DNA of 64,000 nucleotides. Origin: Azolla caroliniana. Its lineage: Eukaryota > Plantae > Polypodiophyta. Positions within the stretch are counted from its first letter, which is position 1; each line of letters opens with the position of its first letter. The notes under the pieces were generated by a model. That model made no database searches, was not told where the DNA came from, and saw only the letters and a program-made list of their open reading frames with translations. The stretch is taken from positions 20,832,001 through 20,896,000 of the forward strand of contig JBHGNT010000009.1 of NCBI GenBank assembly GCA_043228905.1, in the 5' to 3' direction. A program made the position numbers and the translations under genes. This document shows, in pieces, positions 23,766 to 38,607 of this stretch.

Positions 23766-26700
23766 TGTTCCAGTTCGGCTATTGTCAATGACCGTATCAC
23801 ATCCACTACATATACACATTGTGTGTTAACCTTGCTTTCATAAGCTTGTGGATGAAGGGAACCGATACTTGTTTAGAAAAAATCACACCTCTTCTCAATC
23901 GTGTATGTGAGCGGGGAGTTTTAAAACATGGTAGAACTTATAGAAAAAAAAAAACTAAAAAGGTGGAATGAAAGATTGAGCTTGTTTCATTCAAAAAACA
24001 TGCTATGTTTTTTGTCACAAACATTCTTGCCATACAAATATCTTGTTCTGTTTAGTAGAAACCATTTCATGGGTTGATGCTCAACAATATTAGTTTGACA
24101 ACTCAATATGCAAACCTACTCTTTCGGTACGTAGTTGGTTCGTTGATGTCTATTCTCTTCTTGGTATAATATCTTGTTCCAATTATCTTTGCCAATATCA
24201 AGGAATACCTCATGTTATTTGCCTAACTTAGTTAAGCTGACATCCATTCTTTAGCCACTTTGACAAAACATTTTAGCTTTTCTAGGTATACACGTAGCAT
24301 GTTTGCAACCTTGCCATTTTGAAATTGCATTTTTATCCACCGCTTTACACTCAAATACTTCATAAAGGGAGCATGTCAAAAATGGGTCTTTCATCCTTCA
24401 TATATAATTCTTCCACATATGTCAAGATTTCAACCGGGTTACCTCCATGTGTTGTCTTGATACAATGCCTCATCTAGGTCCTTTTTAAGCCATTACGTAT
24501 CTTTTATCTCTTTATCTAGTTCACTTTGTATTAGTTTCTTCCTTTTGGGGATATATGTATTGCCTCGTTACATTTCTCCATTAATCACTTGTTTTTGGAG
24601 TGGCTTTATGCTAATGTTTTGTTGCCTTGCATTCAACATCGAGTTATACATCAAGTTGGCAGTTCATCAACTTCACATGCAAGCTTCAAGTTTTTTTTAG
24701 ATCAGAAATTCATATTTTGCCCAAATTTATTAATGTTGGTTCACATTTTATGCAATTGAAATTTTGATTAGGTAGCTTAAGGTCACCCAAGCCACAAATG
24801 ATTAACTAATCATTTAGAATGATCCCATATATTTACTTAAATTCATTAGACACATTATGTCTCTGTGTTAATGCTCATTATGTGTTTTGTAACTAATGCT
24901 CAAAACAACTTTGGTTTAATGATTGGCATCCCCTTATCCCTCAACACATCTGTTGAAGAATGCTTTGTGTTGCCTACATTTACCCTTTTACATGGAACTT
25001 GAAATCAATTGAACACTTTCTTCCCATGGATTTTTGCTAAAACTTCTTGTGTCATGGTGAAGGATGAAAACAACGTTTTCTTTCCTCGAGAGGCCACGAA
25101 CATGACTTACGAGAACTACAAAGAATGTTACAATAGTGTCTCCATTGCACGTAAACAAGGTAGGGGTAGCCACATTTGGCTCATGTGTTTTCTTAAGGAT
25201 AATCTTATGTTTAAGTAGAAAAAATATATATATGCCTCAAGGTTGTAGTTGGTGTATTTGTCTTACAAGAAGTTGTGTATTAGAATGTCCATTTTTGTTT
25301 TTTTGGGGGGATATATGTATGTATGCGTGTATATATTCCGTTCATGTTAAGGCAATTTTGGGAAACATGGAGGAATGTGAGCTCTATCTTATGGGATTGA
25401 ATTCCAACACAAGCTTTTGAATGACATATGTTGTCTCAATCTTACTCCACATTCATCGGAGGATAGTTGATCATGGATAATTCCATTGGATGTATACTGC
25501 CCAAATTACAAAGGTTGGAAAAAAAATATGCGAACGCACGATATTGTGGCAAAGTCAACTCTAATGAAGTGCAAACTTGCAAATGTTTCTGACTTAACAA
25601 CTTGGGCGTACACAAATGTGTGACTTTTTGTTGTTTTGTTTTATTATATTGTTGATGGGTTTGACATTGGTAGAAGTTGTATGTTACTTAAAGGGGCTAC
25701 TGTATGGTGGCATTTCAAATTCCCGAACAATACTTTTCCACTTCTTCACATTTTAGTTTTGATCATGTACACCAACTATTTGCGTGTAATAGTAGTGGCT
25801 TTTATTGACATTTTCTTACATTGCGAATTATTACTCCAACCTCATTTCCTTTTCTTAGTTTTAATACGATATCAAGACTAGACCTTCATAAAGTAACAAG
25901 CATGACCACACCTGATATCGATTCTACAAAAGTCCATTGAAGCTTTTCCAATGATTCAAGTGTACTTCTTTCTTAGCAAATAAAAATGTTGTACATTTCG
26001 TAAGGCATGTATTATTGATGATGAATAGCTTCTTTCTCATCATCAACAATGCATTATGCTTCACAAGGATATTGTGGGCTTTAAACCAACCACTTGCTTT
26101 ATTTTGCCACTAAATTTGACAATCTTCTAACCCTTGATGCCCTTTTTTTTGCAAGCATACTTCGTTAGGTCAAATTGTAACCTAATAATCCACAAAACAA
26201 GTGTATTTTAGATATTCCAGGATTGTCTAGCACCAAGACAAAAATGTTGTGAGCAAACTCTCCACGCTCTTTTTATTCTTAGAAATATATTTGTATAAAT
26301 GGAAATGGAAGGTTAGTCCCACATCTAGATTACTAGTACGTGACCACAAAACAACGTGAATTTGATAAAGACATGCACACACACCCACACTACTTCCTAA
26401 CATTGCCCCCATGGGCAATTTCCTTGCAATGTACTTTAGGACTGTCCATTTTGACACACATGATACATTCATCACATTCATTTTTATGAGGAATCACTAT
26501 TGTAGCATTTCCAGAATTTACAATTTCCATCTGATATTCTCTTGTTAACCTTTTTGCAATGCTTGTTGATTTTTCTAAGTCATCCTCGTACAACGTATAA
26601 TGATTTTATTTGAATCCACTTACAAATCTTCTATTAAGGTTCTTATATTCATCTGGTGCCATTATTTGTATGCCGTTGTTTTCAAGTACGACTACAAGAT

Positions 26701-27503
26701 AATGCGATATAAAATATATCTACATCAATCATACATGCTCACTAGTACACCAGAAGCCAAGGATATGCCATTGTCTTTCACTTGTGATCGGGGTATATGA
26801 TTTTTCTGTTCTCCAAATACATGTGCTTAGTCAATTTGTATAACCAATACCTTATACACATTGCCTTTGGTGTTGCTCCATATCTCCTCCTCCACACCAA
26901 GGGTTCAACACCCCGCGCTCAAACTAAAACTATCCCACACTTCCTGTTATTGTCAACCAAGAACCTCTCCCCTCAAGACCATACATACAATTTGTGAAAC
27001 TCGCGAAGCTTCTCTAGGCAAGGTAAAAAACATATACCTAAGCAGAATGAAGGAGATATGATTCCTTTCACTTGTCCATTTACATATCCTTTATTGACTT
27101 TCGGTTTAGATATTACATGTGTCCTTGGAAGTTGACCTTTCCCTATTTCCTCACTTGTTCTTTACAATGCATGGCGTTTTCCGAGGAAATTATAGCTATG
27201 CCATACAAAAGGTGTGACCCAAAATTTGAGCTAGTTCATCATTAGTGTAAAATTACAAAAAATGGACACCTGTATATACAGAAAATGGATCAAGCTTCCA
27301 TATTCATGTTTTTAAGCCTTAGTTTCCAGGTTGCCACAGATTTCAGATTACAGGTAACAAAACACCTCACAAATTGAGTAGCTTACACCACTTTTTTCAG
27401 TTATATATAATTACCCTAAAGATGGATTATTAATTATTTGACGAAATAAAAATTTCTAAAATATATAGACAACCTTTCTACCATATGGGCTTGCATTTTA
27501 TTA

Positions 27504-29652
27504 TTATTCATGATCCTCTTCTAACCTTGCAGATACGGTGGCCAAGGAAAAGGAATTTGTTCCATGCTTGGCTGACTGTACTTTGGCGACCAAAAGTTTC
27601 CATTTATTCTCATCTTTCTTGCTTTGATGTCCAAGTTTATGCTTGAAATGCCTGGAGCAAAGATAAAAGCAAACCTTGACAATACAATTATCATGCATAA
27701 AGAATTTGAGTCGCAACACTAAAAATTCATCTTTTATGAGTCGTTTTAATAACATGCAACTAATATGAGCCTTGGTTTCCTAATATATCGGCGTTACAAT
27801 TCAAATCAAATCCCAAATACTCGAAATGTGAACTTTTTCTTATGCAATCAAATCCTTGGCTATTTAAGATTGGCAAATCCAACATGACATTTATCTTTCC
27901 CAAACTTCTCTTGAAATTGGTATCCATGTGCAATTCTTGTATCAATCCTTTATTAGAAAAACAAAGCAGCAAGTTGCGAATACGAAACTTCTGATGATAA
28001 ATTGAGAAGGATATGAAAAATTTTATACCGGCAGAGAGGAACTTTGCAGCTAGTAGCCTCTTGACACATTCGTGAATGAAGCTCGAGGAGTTGCCACATG
28101 CGTTTACAAGGCACACATCCACCAGGAACCTTGATTCGACAGCTGGCAAAATGTCTAACAAGAGACTCGAGCCCTCTGCATGCTGGGAATTTGCATGGTC
28201 CAAGTTGCCTTTCATCAAAAGCCTTATCATGTGGACCTATTGTCCGGCACCCATCTCTGCAAATATGAACCAGTGCTTCCATAGCATCTCGCAACTGCCC
28301 ATATACCTTCTCTTCTTCCATTTTACGGGCCTTTTCTTGTCGTTTCTGAGATAACATAGTGCGAGATCAGTATCAATTACTCATGATTACATATATTGAA
28401 TTTGTTTATTTTTTGGAAAAATAAAATTAGAAAAGACAGTTCCTCTCTGTCCACATGTTTAACATACATGGATTTGTTCTTTGTTAGGACTAGTTTCTTT
28501 CTTTCTGAAGATTAGTACCAGGGGAACCAAAAGTGGAAAACCATTATCAACTTACTGAATCTGCATCCACCACAGCTTCTACTAGCTCTTGTTCAAGAGA
28601 AGGATTCGACTCTCGCATGACTCTCCAACCATCAGTCTTCGCCACAGTCTTAAAGTCATTGATAATAAGACGAAAACATATCACCTTTAAACGTGGTGCG
28701 TCACATAACCTTGCTAATTGAAATACGTCAATCACATTTTCTACTGTAAGCAAGCCCTTCTCAAGCTCTTGAGTACATAGATTCTTAATGAAGGTAACCA
28801 CATATGCATGTGATAATACTAGCAAATGCAGAGCATACTTCTCCATGTCAGGAACATGATATCTGTAGCAATTTTATGAAGGAAAAAACTTCAAACAAGC
28901 AGGCTATTGATTTGAGTGGTACAAAAGATTAGGTCCTGAAAAAAAGCTTACTACCATAGATAGGAAATTCACTCTTAAACTTGAGAAATTAAATAAATTA
29001 AAATGTTTGGAACCAACTAGTTAATTCCCATGAAAATGTACATACCTTGATGAATACATTAGCCTCACAAATAATCTTGCTGCCGCTACAGGTACACCAG
29101 GTATTACCAATCTACGAACTATTTTTCCTTTTCTATTAACTCGCTTTTCAATAGCAAATTTGAATACAGAAGAAGCTGACATCTGAAACATTTACAAGGT
29201 GACATAATGAAGTGAGGTACTCTGAGCACTTAAGAAAAAGCATAGCCAATCAAAATTTACAGAGAGAAAGAAAATATGGTATAACCTACCAAAACAATGG
29301 AATGCGCTTGAAAACAACCCCCATCATCTGTAAGGATAGTGACATCAGTACCCTTTCCATCGAAAAAGAGTTGATCCCACTTATCAACAACCTCTTTGGG
29401 AACCAAAATGCTGCCACGATGGCATGGATATCTTTGAGAACTTTTTGAGGTGAATGATGAGCGTTTCCTGGAAATTTGAGGCAGAGGTGGAGGTGGTGGT
29501 ATGCGATTTTGCAAAGAAATGAAAGATGGTTCGTCACAAGCTTTCTGTTTTATAATATCAACACTTTCATCAGGTGGCCCTACCTTCTTCAATGATGGAT
29601 ATGACCATTGTAGTGAGGGCAAAGATGTTTTTGCATTTGGACTAGAATCCAT
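27504..29652 (-). CDS. BTB/POZ and TAZ zinc-finger domain protein (BT family, CUL3 adaptor), 5 exons, 423 aa
   Basis: Exons 29652-29290, 29182-29046, 28862-28556, 28345-28029, 27651-27504 (1272 nt). BTB region DVTILTDDGG..QAHSIVL...IPGVP...LLVLSHAY...ENVIDVFQLARLCDAPRL; TAZ region HICRDGCRTIGP...C.FPAC.GLESLVRHF..C...GGCVPCKRMWQLLELHSRMC...CKVPLC; C-terminal KWKLLVAKV calmodulin-binding-like motif. Confidence 0.95.
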
Positions 29653-31069
29653 GAAATAAATAAACAGAATCCAGTGCTGTTTGATCAAAATCTAGGAGCC
29701 TGTACTCTTTTGATGTGATTACTCGCATAAAATAGAAAAGAGTACATCTGCACATGAAGATAGATAATATTCAATTTATACTTGAGACAATTGTATATAG
29801 ATTTGATACATGCATGTGAAAATGTGAGCAAAGGCTAGATTCAGCTTTTGCGATAAAAATCATGATGTCAAGTAATATAATTCTACTCATTAAATCTCAT
29901 CTGAGGATAAGCAAACAACAAGTTTTAACTTATACCGGTTACAAAAAAGCAGTAGAGGAAATCCCAATGCATAAACGAACATTACAAACTAGAAACAGTA
30001 TACTTCATTTGGTAAAATGACATAACACAATGCATATTTGCGCCAAGATTAACTGGTTGTAGTTTACAGACTATGTTCCTGACCTCACTTTGAGACTATA
30101 GTATTACCATCTAGATTGAAGAATGAGGAAAACCTTTCCTATACATGCTCCTTGTGAAGGAACTCGTTCTCGATGCACTAAATAATGGAGTCAACCTTTG
30201 TGGCTCAGCCCCGAGCACATACTACAAGACTGATATAGAACAAATGGACGTGATACATGCTAGGTCGGCATACATTTACGCAATCAAACCATTTGCTAGA
30301 TATATGACAATACATGACACGTATTCGAGGTTGAACTATAGGGACACCTTATCCCACTTGAAGCTCCTCTTAATTCTTAGTAGCTTACCGTATGAGAGAT
30401 GGGCTGATGATTTCCCACTCATATCATTCAATACATAGACATCCTTATGCATGGAGCCTCACCCACATGGTACTCATGCATTCCTTGATTCGAGTCAACT
30501 CATTCATTGGTTGACCCTAGTTCCCATGGATACAAATTCACCATTTAACCCCACTAGTTCACTAGTGCACTAGCCATTTCCCACTAGAAATTTTATGGTT
30601 GTATATTGTCACCTCATTCATACACACATATACATACATATACATACATACATACATACATACATACGATCACCATGGTTCTTACATCTTCTTTTGCTAA
30701 GCACATGCTGAGACATGGTACATCATCATCTTCCTCTTTGTTCAGAGGTATCAAAATAAAACAAAGGAAAAGAAGGAAGAGCAACACTCGGCGTGTATGC
30801 ATCAATTACCTATCAGTAAATGAAAGAGTAAGAGAGGTTACCTTGAAAAGGACAGATCTGAGGAGCTCTGTTTCTGCACAATCAAAGATGCATCTAATAC
30901 ACAAAGACGAGAGAGGGAGAGGAGAGAGAGAGCCTTTACTAATACTTCATAGTATTATGGAAATACATAAATATGCCCTATCTATGTATGTATTTGTGTT
31001 TTTTTCTTCACTTTGAAGTTCTTCCAAAAAGAAGAAAATAAAAGAGAAGCTTTCAAACGTTGGTCATTA

Positions 31070-31103
<34 letters not shown>

Positions 31104-31197
31104 TTATGTGTATGTGTGTTTGTATGTGTGTATGTGTATGTATATGTGTGTTTGGATGTATGTATGTATGTATGTATGTATGTATGTATGTATGTGT
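31070..31197. repeat. (TG)n/(TATG)n microsatellite near the BT gene 5' region; a second (TACA)n tract lies at 30618-30667
   Basis: Seen directly. Confidence 0.95.
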
Positions 31198-33914
31198 CGA
31201 TTCCTGGGAGGAGAAAATCTTCTTTGCCTTCCTACACACTCATTACATGTCTCTTTGCTTCCTCATGACGACATCCATCTATTGTTGATTATTTATCCTT
31301 TAGGCACACCGTGTCTCGAGTTTTGATGGTTATTGAACTTCTGGCACACCCTTGTGTCGAGTTTCACACGAAATTTATGTGTGTATGTTGATCTATTCAT
31401 GCTTCATCATTACTTTTGCATTTGTGCTACCAGTCAGTCACCTGTTGAAGCATACAAAAGGGATGCATAGTTTGCTCACCATGTTTTCTATGAATGCAAT
31501 GGCTCTCTTACATTATTGTTTTAGAATTACATTTATGATAATAAAAAGAGAGAGGGTAAAATCAAGTTGTTCATATTTGCTTTGATTGATTTACATTCTC
31601 TTGAGTGTTACGCCCCTCTTTGTCAACATCCTATTCATTGTCATCATTAATGAGATTGTTATCACCCTTGATCATAGAAGATCAAACACACATAATATTA
31701 GACCTCAACTTTGATCTCATGCCCTTCAATCACATGCAATTTTTTATCTCACCTCCTTGCATAGTTGCAACATTATAGTGCACATTTGTTAAACAAAATG
31801 GTATTATGATAGTCATGTACATGCTCTATGGATGTGATCCACTTTCTACCACTTGCGATGCAATAAAGGGAACCTAGCAAACAACGTATAATGATTATGA
31901 TTGATGCAACTTGGATTTAGATATCTCACGAGGATATGAGAGAGGCATGGATAACAAGGAATTGATACGCATCTCAATTAGATTCTCATATAAACAGTGT
32001 GACAAAAGATAGAGTTTTGCTAGTGATGGGAGATGGGCATTAAAAAAGCAAGAGAGAGAATTGTAACGCAACGCATTGACAAATAAAGTACCAAAACAAT
32101 GACAAATATTATAAATACTTAAAAGCAATGATTTCTGACCAACACTCTAGTTCGCCATATATAGTCCTCGTTACAACCCCTCCAAATTTTGGAATGACCA
32201 TTTTTAAATCCCATCAAAATGCATCATTACACTTTTAAGGTTTGTAACCTTATATCTTACTATTTATTCATGTGCATTATCAATGGGGTAAAAAAGCAAT
32301 AGACGAATGGAATATGGCAAATAATGGCTAGCAACACCAACATATTGGAAAATCTACGGAAAAATGGCTACATTGAAAACATATGCCATTAACTAACAAA
32401 TGATGTGTATGATACCCTATGGGCCACCAATGCAAATTGAAACAACATATTTCTATGAAGGATAGGTGAGTTGTCTTTGATTTACACAACAACATGATCT
32501 AAGCTTGATGTCACTTAAGAAGCCTATAGAGCTATGAATCCTTTTCCAAAACATGATGAGTGAGAATACCTATTTCCACTCATCAAAACTTGAAGTCATT
32601 GAAGTTTTGATAGATTTTGGATGTTTATTAACACTTCTTAAGCGTTGGGATCTTGAATTTCAATTGAATGATATTTTTCAAATGGTGCAAATGAAAGTTG
32701 CACTAAACTCAGATTTATTTACAAATGATGCAATTTACTGTGGGGCAACAAATAAATTATTCATTAATATGTACCAAAGCCTTTTGCTTTTATTAGGATA
32801 ATTGAGCCTTAAAATCTCAAAATTTAACTTGATAATTATGTGGGGAAATTACCCTAAATTTGTGTGTTTCTCTCGAGATGTTGTCCACTAGTTATTTGGT
32901 CCTCATCTAGTGTTGACAACTTGTTCAATGAGAAAATATGTCTTTCAAAGTATACAAAAAGCCTATCCTCGATATGGATAAAACATATTGAACCAAATGG
33001 CAACATATTACAAAAAATTAACATTTGACACAAGCAAAGAAATGCAAAGAGACAGTTTGATGATTTGCATCAAGAGGTTAATGATAACACATCACCAACA
33101 AAGTGTATTGATTGATTTTGTAGAATCATGGTATTGTTTGGATTTTCAGCAAGTGCAAGACAAAATTAATGGTGTTACATGCTTCCTTGCCTACCATCCA
33201 ATTATTTCGTAATTGCTAGAGATTTTGTGCAGAAATGCTTGTTTTCAAGTCGTGATCAAAGTTTTCCTTATGGATGTAGGAGACTTCTTTCTCCATCAAG
33301 GCAAGGAAGTCACAACAAGACTCCATTGTATGAACTCGTATAGAAGCAAAAACTGGAGTTAGATATTAAGAATTCAAATATGGAAAAAATGACCCTTCCA
33401 ATTAATGCTGTTTACATATGGTCAAATGTATATTCTGACCAAGCCTTACTTCTCAAAGAAAAAACCGGAACTCTTCTATATAATCTCCAGATTTTGTGAA
33501 GTTTGAATTGCAGGACTTCAGCTCATCAAGTACACTCTAGCTCTAAAGAGCTAATTTGCACAAGGTATAGTTGAGGATATAGGAGTTGGCCAATCAGCCT
33601 TATAGTTTGACTGTGAGTGTCACGCCATAAAAGCTGATAGAAGAGAGAGAGATCGTTGTACAAAAATAAATCATTTTTACATAATCCCTCTTCTCTCAAA
33701 TGCATGATCAGCTTCGCAATATTGCACCTTCGACTCTTTTGTCAAGAAACTCTTTTAACACCAGTGTTTCAAGCTGGTTCACTTTAGAACTTGAAGGGCA
33801 CATGAACAAAGATCATTGAGTCGAACCCTCACTCAACGTTCTTCTCTACGAAGCATGGATTCCAATCTGTCAAGAATATGATTGATTTCTCACGGCATTC
33901 AACACTAGGTTTCA

Positions 33915-36726
33915 TTAACAAACAGACGAAATAACCGCACTCCATGAGATCAAGTCCCGAGAAGGAAGATTGTCAAATACTTTCCACGCATCTGCAAACA
34001 AATCATGCATAGCATACATATCCAATAATGCACGGCCCATCAAGGGATCCATTTCAAGTCCTCGTTTGACAATCTCCAAATGTATGCTGCGACCAATGTC
34101 ACTGAATCCACTAAAATGACATGCCTTGATACCGTACATCCATGAAGAAATATCAGGTGATACTTCCTGCATTTGCATTTCTTTCAAACAAGAAACTGTT
34201 TCTGCACAGAGCCCAAAGTCAGAAAATGAGGAAATCAGCACGTTCCATGAAGCCACATCTTGATTCTGCAAACTGTCAAACATTTTTTTTGCATCATGGA
34301 CAAATCCATTCTTTGCATACATAGAAACCAAAGCAGTGCAAACCTGCTTCCTTTTCTCAAAACCTTTGCATGAGACTTCAGCATGTATCCTGTATCCCTT
34401 GTGTAGATCTCCCAAATTGCCACAAGCTGTCAATATATAGGAATACACAACATCTTCCAAGCACACATTCTCCATCTGCATTGTCTCAGAAGCATGAAGT
34501 GCTTCCTCAAAAAGACCCTGTTCAGAATACCCTGCAATGAGTGCTGTCCATGAGATTATATTTGGACTTTCCAGTTTATCGAACATGAACTGAGCTTCTA
34601 CACAAGATCCACATTTACCATACATATCCACCATCGTAGTGCTGATTAGTAAATCCCTTTCAAAACCTATTTTTATAATATCTGCATGTAGTTGCCTCCC
34701 TCGGTTGATGCACTTCTCATTAACGCATGCTTTCAAGGTACAAAGAAATGTAATCTTGTTAGGAACTATACCTTGTGATTGCATTTTCTTAAAACAGTGA
34801 AATGTTTCCTTAACGAGCCCATGTTCTGCATAGCCAGCTATGAGGGAGGTCCATGAGATCACAGTTTTAACATTTAGGCTATCATGTATGAAGCGTGCTT
34901 CATGAAACAAGCTACACTTACCATACATGTCCACTAAAGCAGTGCTAATCAAGGGGTGGTTTTCATACTCCTCTTTGACAATCTCTGCATGTACTGTATG
35001 GCCCCTATCTACAGCTTGCATGCTACCACAAACTTTCAAAATACAAAGAAATGTAACATAATTCGGAGTTATCCCATCATCCTTCATTCTTTCGAATAGC
35101 TGCAATGCCTCTTCAGCACATTCATGCTCAGCATATCCTGTGATTAATGATGTCCATGATACTACATCACGGAATGGAAGGTTGTCGAATACCTCTTGAG
35201 AATCTTCAAGAGAACCACATTTAGCATACATATATACCAAAGCATTCCCTATCATAAGCTCCTTTTCCAGCAGCTTCTCAACAATAACTCTATGTACATC
35301 CCAACCCTTTTCTAAATCTCCTAAAGCAGAACATACTTTGAGGATGCAAATGGACACGACAGCATCTGGACCCATATCCTCTAATAGGATTTGATCCCAA
35401 CACTTAAGTGCTTCTTCATAAAGCCCAAGTTCTGTGTAACCATTGATTAATGTTCCCCATAGAACTATGTCTTTCAATGGCTGCTCATCGACAATATCCT
35501 GTGCCTCTATAACACAGTCAGTTTTCAAATACATATCAACTAGTGTATTGCAAAAAAAGAGGTCCTTTTCAAATCCTTCCTTGACAATCTTAGCATGCAA
35601 CTCTTGCCCTTTCTCAAGGCATTCTAATGAACTAAAAGTCTTCAATAAAGCCATGAGGATATACCTCCGGGTATGTACAAACTGCTCCTGCATCATCTCG
35701 TAGAGTTTGAATGCATGTTCACTATTGCCGCATTCATTGTATCCTTGTACGAGGGAGTTCCAAGAATGCTCATCTAAATAACCCAGTCTGTCTACAAGCT
35801 GTTGAGCCTCTGGTAAACAGCCACTGTCAACATAGATGGTCATAAGAATGTTCCTTAGAACTCCATGTGTTTCAAAACCATGGTAACACATATGTATATG
35901 CAATCTCCGTGCATGAGACAATGCCCTACATCTCCTGCAATCTTTCAGTATAGGAATGAAAATATACGTGGGAAGTGGTTCATCTGGCATCCTTTTCAAA
36001 GATGCCATAGCTTCTTCTATAGTTTTGGTCTCACATTGTTCGTGGTAGTCTTCTGATTTGAACTTTCCAGAAGCCCCAAAATTTTTCAAATCTCCAGGTA
36101 GCTTGTGATAGGATTTAGTATCTAAGACAAACATTTTGGAGCCTATCCCTGATAAATTTTCCGTGGTGGGCTCATCGATATCATCATCATGATCATCATG
36201 ACAAGATGGCTTGTTCTCATTTGAAACGAGCGTCGGAACACGTTCCAAGTTTTGAGGCCTATCAGTAACTGATGATTGTGAAGTTTCCATATCATTTTTA
36301 ATGCAGAGAGATTTTTCAGCAACTCTTTCTTGCATCATTTCCACGTCTCTTGCAACCTTCTCCTGATACATACACTCATAATGAGAGAGAAGCCCTATCC
36401 TGGTATTCAACCTAAAAAAAATTTGCAACTTCAAAGCAAGAATGAGCATGGATTACAGCTGAAGAAGCGCTTACTTTTCCAGTAGAATCAGTGACCATGA
36501 CATGTTCCGTACTACTGAATCTTTCTACAGAGAAAGAAAGAAAGAGGATTTGAAATAGAGTAGGCAGAGGAAAAGAACGAAGATACGGAGACAGAAATTG
36601 ACAGATAGTTGTAAATGAAATACCTGAGCTCGTTCTTTTGAAGACGCTTCGAAGCGGAATTTGATCGCCATGACGATGAGATGAAGCTCCCATCTCTGCG
36701 CATCGAGAGTGAGGGAGCAGCAGCAT
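33915..36726 (-). CDS. PLS-class pentatricopeptide repeat protein without recognisable E/E+/DYW domain (about 866 aa)
   Basis: Long exon 36362-33915 with repeated P-L-S triplets (NALVYMYAKCGSLEDSQEVFDNLPFRDVVSWTSLITGYAEH...PNYVTFLCILKVC). Proposed short upstream exons 36726-36624 and 36524-36475 have compatible phases, but the N-terminal model is less certain. Confidence 0.88.
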
Positions 36727-38109
36727 TGCAGTTTCCTGATCAGGGCGTCTCCTTCGATCAAAGGTTCGAGGATGATCCTCGCCATCACCATGATGATGAA
36801 CTTCCTGTGAAGAAGACCTCCATATCCATTTGCTTAGGTTGAGAAGATAATGACAAACGTGAACAAAACTACAGAGTGCCTCTGTTTTCTGCTTTTCTTG
36901 CCTTCTGCGTTTTGCTTTTTGTTCTTTTGCTTTCTTGCTTTTGCGTTTTGCTCGTATTTCTTGCCCCTATTTTTGCTTTTTGCCTTCTGTCTTTCGTTTT
37001 TCTTTTAGCTTTTTCCCACAAATTTGCTTGTATTTCTTGTCCTTTTTTGCTTTTTGTTTTTTGCTTTTTGCGTTTTGCCTTCCTAGTTATGTTGGAAGAA
37101 GAGCGTGTTCGAGGGCTTCATGTATGATATGACTCTTCTTCGAATTCATATTCTAGAAGAACGATGGAAGGAGCGAGGTTGAGGAGAACTCACGTGTGAT
37201 CCGATCCAATCAGAAGTGGATGATGATCCATCTCTCAACGCATAACGTTCTTGCATGCCTTCCCATATCTCTGGCAAATGACCAACCCATTGTCAGCCTC
37301 ATCCTGTTACCATTATCATGGCATGTATCTTCACAACACTCACATTGCATCTTGACATGCTCCCATTCTGAGGACTATGTAGTCCAACATCTTGTCACAC
37401 GTGTCATGACTATTCCATCACGTTATGTTTGGCATTGGTACCCCCTCGTTTGTCTTGTGCTTGTTCATTGTGCAAGCAACAAATTTACATAGTATTTGTT
37501 GTCATCGAATTCACATTTTGCCTAACTTATGACACATGTTTCGTTTCAATGAGTGGAGAGTTGAGTTACAATCCCATTAGGTACATTACTAATGTGTGAT
37601 TTCTTATTAAACCTCAAAAGGTACACTGAGTTTTCATCGTGCCATCCCACGAAAGGTGTATGTTGCTTGTATATATATACCTTCTTTTGTGGAATCTCGA
37701 TGAGCATAGAGAGTTTTTCCTAAATGTTGTATCATTCGGGATTTTTGTTGCTTGTGGATACATGCGTAAGCATCAGGTGCACCTGGAAAGTTTTATTGTG
37801 GTGCCACATAAGCTTGGATTTTTCGTAGCTCACAGTTGTATTGTTTGTTAAACCTCTTCAATTTATAAAAAAAGAGTAATTCATCATGCCACAATCATCA
37901 TTGGTGTCCATTTGCCTCGTAATCATTGTTTTTTTGTCAAAAGCCAAAGTAGGGTGCAAATAGTTTAGTTTCAGACTGAAACAAAGCGATAAATAGTATT
38001 GTCGTCAAGGGGAGATCATCATGGAGTTTAACGTACAAAGTTAGCACATGCACCCTTAAGTGATTTACCATGGTGGGGCACTGACATTGTGGGCTTTAAG
38101 TAGGAGTTC

Positions 38110-38236
38110 GATGAAACATTAGGTTTAGGGTTTAAGGCTTAGAGATTGATGAAACATTAGGTTTAGGGTTTAGGGCTTAGAGATGGACGAAACATTAGGT
38201 TTAGGGTTTAGGTCTTAGAGATTGATGAAACATTAG
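38110..38236. repeat. 38-bp tandem repeat (about 3.3 copies) containing plant telomeric TTTAGGG motifs
   Basis: GATGAAACATTAGGTTTAGGGTTTARGGCTTAGAGATT at 38110, 38148, 38186 and partially at 38224. Confidence 0.92.
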
Positions 38237-38607
38237 TAAAGAGGAGTATAAAAAACATAACTATACTTCCCAAAAAAATTGTGCCAAATTTAGAAGGAAG
38301 GGGATTGAAGACATTAATTAGCATAGAGGAGTTTTGATAAACATATATACATAACTAGCAATGGGCATGGTTTTGGCTCAAACCGAACCAAACCGTTAAC
38401 CCATGGTTTAACGGTTTATTGGTTCTAAATTTGTTTAATGGTTTGGATTTTCGACAAACAGTTTGGTTTCGGTTCTAAAACTCGGGTTTATAGGTTTAAT
38501 TTAAAGGTTTATAGTTTTTTGGTTAACCATTTTTTACCTTAATAGTTTATTAATTTAATGGTTTTTTATTGATTTAATAAATTGAACTCGAATGCTTATT
38601 TAATTTA

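Noticed and set aside
30135-30590. Possible solo LTR or transposon fragment in the BT 5' intron (CACTAG repeats)
   Set aside because: No TG...CA termini with TSD could be defined.
33815-33835. B-box-like GGTTCGACTC suggesting a tRNA or SINE
   Set aside because: There is no A-box, cloverleaf or tail around it.
36876-37132. Hydrophobic Phe/Leu/Cys-rich ORFs
   Set aside because: They are a by-product of a T-rich low-complexity tract.
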